Assembly (NCBI GenBank): GCA_043823745.1 | Contig: JBDRAN010000003.1 | Span: forward strand, 66,958 to 130,957 | From: Candidatus Omnitrophota bacterium | Lineage (GTDB): Bacteria > Omnitrophota > Gorgyraeia > Duberdicusellales > 4484-171 | DNA: 64,000 nucleotides | Direction of reading: 5' to 3' | Shown: positions 60,937 to 64,000 of the stretch, one piece after another | How the letters are laid out: each line of letters starts with the position of its first letter | Position numbering within the stretch: the stretch's first letter is position 1 | Translations under genes and position numbers: made by a program | Notes under the pieces: generated by a model | Databases searched by the model: none | What the model was told of the DNA's origin: nothing | What the model saw: the letters and a program-made list of their open reading frames with translations, nothing else

Positions 60937-62127
60937 CTATTCTTTTTCAAACTTGATGTCGTCAAGATAGAACAGGATGCCCGCAGGATCATTAACTTCT
61001 AAGTTTGTTGCCCAGCAGAAACCTCCAATAATATAGGAAAGATCTTTGCCGCGCAAATCAATTTCGTATTTCTTCCAATCCTTTGTCAGCTGCACCGAAA
61101 CGATACTGGCGCTGTCTGAATCGGGGTAATCACCGTTGGTAATGCCGCCGACCTTAAACTCATTAATAATTTCTCCGCCCTTATCGCCGCGCGCCCAAAA
61201 GGTAAGCTTTATCGCACCCTGCAGATTAAAACCTTTCTTAGGCACCGTCCCCCAGTTATTAGCCGGGTTCTGCCAGTAAATGCCGGCCCATTTGTTCCCC
61301 GAGATATCCTTGTATTCGATTCGAATACACGTGTCCCCGCTGAAAGGGAGATTCTTCCATGCCTGATCAAGTTTAATATCTTTGCCGGTCGCGGCATTAG
61401 GCATCCAGCCGCTGGGAATATAGTGATTATCAAGAGACCCTGCGTCAGCGTACACATAGAAAGGAAAATTCGTGGCCGCTTCTTCCTTCTTTAACGTTGC
61501 ATCATACGTATAATAAACATCATCAAGATAGACAACCTGTTCTCCCCCTGCCTGGTCGGCGTTAAAAATGAGGCACAGGCCGCCATTGATGTAGGAAAGG
61601 TCTTTATCTACCAAATTTACAGAATACTCCTGCCAATCTTTCGTTACGCGGATCGGACCAGACTCAACGCTGGCAGTATCCGCAAAAGGAACCTTGTCAC
61701 CGTTGGCGGCATTATTGGTGATCCCGCCGACTTTAACGACGGTAATAACTTCTCCGCCCTTATCGCCGCGCGCTTTAAAAACAAGCTTGTTCAAACCGCT
61801 TAAGTCAAATCCGGTATCCTTCGTCCCCCAGTTATTCTGAGACGATTGCCAGTAAATACCCGCCCAGCCTTGACCTTGTGATTTTTTGGCTGTGTAAGTA
61901 ACTTTCATGGCGGTATTTCCGGCAGACGTTCCTTCTGCTTGATCACTGAACTTTAAATCACCATAATCACCCATCCAGCCACTCGGGATGTAATGATTAT
62001 CCGCAGCATTTTTATCGGTAAAAACATTGAAACGCTTTGCTTCCGCTGCGTATGCGCCCGACCCAAACAGGACGGCCAACGAGAACACGACGAATGCCAC
62101 GAAACCTGCACCTAATCTTTTACCCAT
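60937..62127 (-). CDS. secreted protein with two tandem roughly 190-aa carbohydrate-binding-module-like repeats
   Basis: start set at MGKRLGAGF (signal peptide); repeats share YIPSGWM...WAGIYWQ..NNWGT...ARGDKGGE..KVGGITN. Confidence 0.4.
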   Translation of the reverse strand: MGKRLGAGFVAFVVFSLAVLFGSGAYAAEAKRFNVFTDKNAADNHYIPSGWMGDYGDLKFSDQAEGTSAGNTAMKVTYTAKKSQGQGWAGIYWQSSQNNWGTKDTGFDLSGLNKLVFKARGDKGGEVITVVKVGGITNNAANGDKVPFADTASVESGPIRVTKDWQEYSVNLVDKDLSYINGGLCLIFNADQAGGEQVVYLDDVYYTYDATLKKEEAATNFPFYVYADAGSLDNHYIPSGWMPNAATGKDIKLDQAWKNLPFSGDTCIRIEYKDISGNKWAGIYWQNPANNWGTVPKKGFNLQGAIKLTFWARGDKGGEIINEFKVGGITNGDYPDSDSASIVSVQLTKDWKKYEIDLRGKDLSYIIGGFCWATNLEVNDPAGILFYLDDIKFEKE

Positions 62128-62257
62128 TGTATTCCTCCTTTGTTTGACCTGACTCTGTGAAAAAAAATTTCCTATAATATTCATATTCACCCGCGTACGG
62201 TCACCTCCTCACTAAAAATTAGACGCTCCAAACAAGCACACTGTCGACACGAATATG

Positions 62258-63994
62258 TTACTTTTTCCATAAATCTTTATAGGTAAAATACACTTCCTTT
62301 AAACGACGCAAGAAGGGTGAGCTCTTACCGTCTCCCTGTCCGCAGACGCCAAGCCATTCTTCATGCATATATCCGTCTAAAAATGGGCCCGTAAAGATCC
62401 CTTGCCGGTCATGGTGAGCCGGCTCATAGGCCTTCCACCACTCATCGAGCCACTCAAACACAAATCCACCCAAGGCATTGCCTGCGCCGTATCCAGCAGC
62501 GTTACATACGATATCGTTCCAGCAACCCTTGTGATACTCTGCCTGAAAATGTTCTGCTTCCTGTTCGCTGTAACCTTTAGCACACGAGGGGGTGCCGTAT
62601 TCGGTAATCATCCCCGGTCGGTCGGCCGTACGCGCAAGTTCATCCCAGAAATCAAGAAACCCGTATTTCCCACGGTACGCGTTAGCTCCAAAAATATCAA
62701 TATCAGGAGCGTTCTTGGCAAACACATCAAGAAATAACACATCGCCTGAGGCAATAGCGACCGGGCGCTTCTGGGGATCAAGCGATTTTATCAAAAGAGC
62801 AGCTTCATTTGCAAACGTAAAGAAACTTTCGGGATCTTTATCGGCATTACAGGCGACCCCGTAAACATTCTCATTGCCTAAAATCCAAAACAACACTCCC
62901 GGCTCATCCTTGAACTCTTCCACCATCTGCCGCACGCTCTCAAGCATGTTCTTTCGTTGCACTGGATCGCTGTAGATGGTCCCGGGATTCCATTCGGCTT
63001 TACTTCCCAGGGCATATTTACCTAGAAAGTCGCCTATTATGGTATATATACCATATTTTTGGTGCATTTGTCCAACTAACGCCTTATTTATTTTAAAAGG
63101 CTGGTGGTACATACGAACGGCATTAACCCCCATATCTTTCATCAAGGCAAAATCACCTATCGCCGGTTCGTCAGAATCCTTGATATTGTTGGCGTTTTTA
63201 TCGACCCACGCTTCAAAGGGAGCATCGACTAACCCGTTATTATTTAAATCCTGGGTCGACCAATTCTGCATAGTTCCCTTATCCGGCGACTCGCCAACCT
63301 TTGTGGGGCCATACGTAACACCCTTGATCATAAAAGGTTTCCCTTCAAGAAGGAGTTGCCAATCCCCACTCGCGTATTTGACAAGCTTAACGCGGCTGCC
63401 TCCCCGTTCTGCTACAACCGCTCCGGGCTTGCGCTTCTTGGCGCAACAAATATCGCCGCTTAAGGAGATTTGGCTAAACAAGGAAACTTTAACCAATTTC
63501 CCGGGATTCACAATGAATGAATCATTACGCACATCATTGTCATATCCGTTGACCACGTTAAGCGATGCTCCCTGGAGCTTAAGACCCAGCTGGGGATTCT
63601 CTTTCAAAAGATACTTGATCCGGTAAAGCGCTGCTTTTGCCACATACCAGGGAGTATTCCAGTATGTTTTACTGTAAACATGCGGAAAATGCACCAGGAT
63701 CGCGTAGTAGGCTTTAATTGCCTGTTTCGTATAGCCGCTACGCTCCAAGATATCCGCGATATAAAACAAGCGCACCCCATCAGGCTCACTCGCCACATTC
63801 CATTTATAGAAGGCAGTTTTTAGATCTCGGCCATTTAAAACTTTCCAATGATCGATACCGGAAAGTTGTTTCTTTACGTTTACAAAGTCAGGATCAAATT
63901 TAATCGATGCGGTATTCGGATAGATCCCCTCTCCGACTGCCTTAGAGAGCCCGATAGGATCTTTGACAATATATTTATACGCTTTCGTTCCCAC
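62258..63994 (-). CDS. clan GH-A glycoside hydrolase paralog, probably 5'-truncated by the window edge
   Basis: 578+ aa; WILGNENVYG and MITEYG motifs; listed start is a GTG 6 nt from the window end, so the true N-terminus likely lies outside. Confidence 0.5.
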   Translation of the reverse strand: MGTKAYKYIVKDPIGLSKAVGEGIYPNTASIKFDPDFVNVKKQLSGIDHWKVLNGRDLKTAFYKWNVASEPDGVRLFYIADILERSGYTKQAIKAYYAILVHFPHVYSKTYWNTPWYVAKAALYRIKYLLKENPQLGLKLQGASLNVVNGYDNDVRNDSFIVNPGKLVKVSLFSQISLSGDICCAKKRKPGAVVAERGGSRVKLVKYASGDWQLLLEGKPFMIKGVTYGPTKVGESPDKGTMQNWSTQDLNNNGLVDAPFEAWVDKNANNIKDSDEPAIGDFALMKDMGVNAVRMYHQPFKINKALVGQMHQKYGIYTIIGDFLGKYALGSKAEWNPGTIYSDPVQRKNMLESVRQMVEEFKDEPGVLFWILGNENVYGVACNADKDPESFFTFANEAALLIKSLDPQKRPVAIASGDVLFLDVFAKNAPDIDIFGANAYRGKYGFLDFWDELARTADRPGMITEYGTPSCAKGYSEQEAEHFQAEYHKGCWNDIVCNAAGYGAGNALGGFVFEWLDEWWKAYEPAHHDRQGIFTGPFLDGYMHEEWLGVCGQGDGKSSPFLRRLKEVYFTYKDLWKK

Positions 63995-64000
63995 GCCGGT

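Noticed and set aside
1-64000. rRNA genes, transposases, integrases, phage genes
   Set aside because: No ORF or sequence with such signatures was seen; the window looks like vertically inherited core chromosome apart from the GH cluster.

Overview
This is a 64-kb bacterial chromosomal window of moderate GC content, and every gene I can support lies on the minus strand. The sequence is compact, and many adjacent genes meet at overlapping stop/start codons (ATGA/TGATG).

The 3' two-thirds (about 28.4-59.0 kb) is the canonical translation/transcription supercluster. Reading in minus-sense it runs tRNA-Thr, rpmG, tRNA-Trp, secE, nusG, rplK-rplA-rplJ-rplL, rpoB-rpoC, rpsL-rpsG-fusA-tuf, then the S10/spc/alpha operons (rpsJ through rplQ) with secY-adk-map-infA-rpmJ embedded. 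Ribosomal protein L30 (rpmD) is absent, S14 is the short zinc-type form, and several ribosomal proteins carry basic tails.

The 5' third (0.2-28.2 kb) holds tightly packed housekeeping and metabolic operons. In order these are aroB, an M50 protease, an SH3b protein, a SPOR protein, a GAF/HD-GYP phosphodiesterase, a dGTPase, a HIT hydrolase, an MJ0936-type phosphoesterase, a P-loop-less ATPase-like protein, and a LysM-M23 peptidase. They are followed by tRNA-Gly, a ThiC-family gene, heptose genes (hldC/gmhA), pfkA, an Asp23 pair, accB/accC, pepP, aroQ, a Trm112-like mini-ORF, and a Memo-like gene. The block ends with a TonB-like gene, an lpd-like gene, mdh, leuB/leuD/leuC-like genes with pilT inserted among them, and an aminotransferase. 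The last 4.4 kb encodes a secreted glycoside-hydrolase / tandem-CBM-like / glycoside-hydrolase cluster.

Main observations beyond plain annotation:
- A contiguous operon of four nucleotide phosphohydrolases plus a Walker-A-less ATPase_2/DUF234-like protein.
- A dispersed family of AATT[A/C]GCG heptamer arrays with exact 10-bp periodicity at three intergenic sites.
- A roughly 450-bp intergenic block of degenerate hairpin-forming repeat families that show compensatory substitutions, upstream of the tRNA-Thr promoter.
- A single-base frameshift in fusA at a C5/G5 homopolymer.
- EF-Tu carrying a CxCx4CxxC insertion.
- A complex palindromic operator upstream of pfkA.
- A structured roughly 0.5-kb non-coding tail after tRNA-Gly.

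No rRNA, CRISPR array, transposase or integrase was seen.
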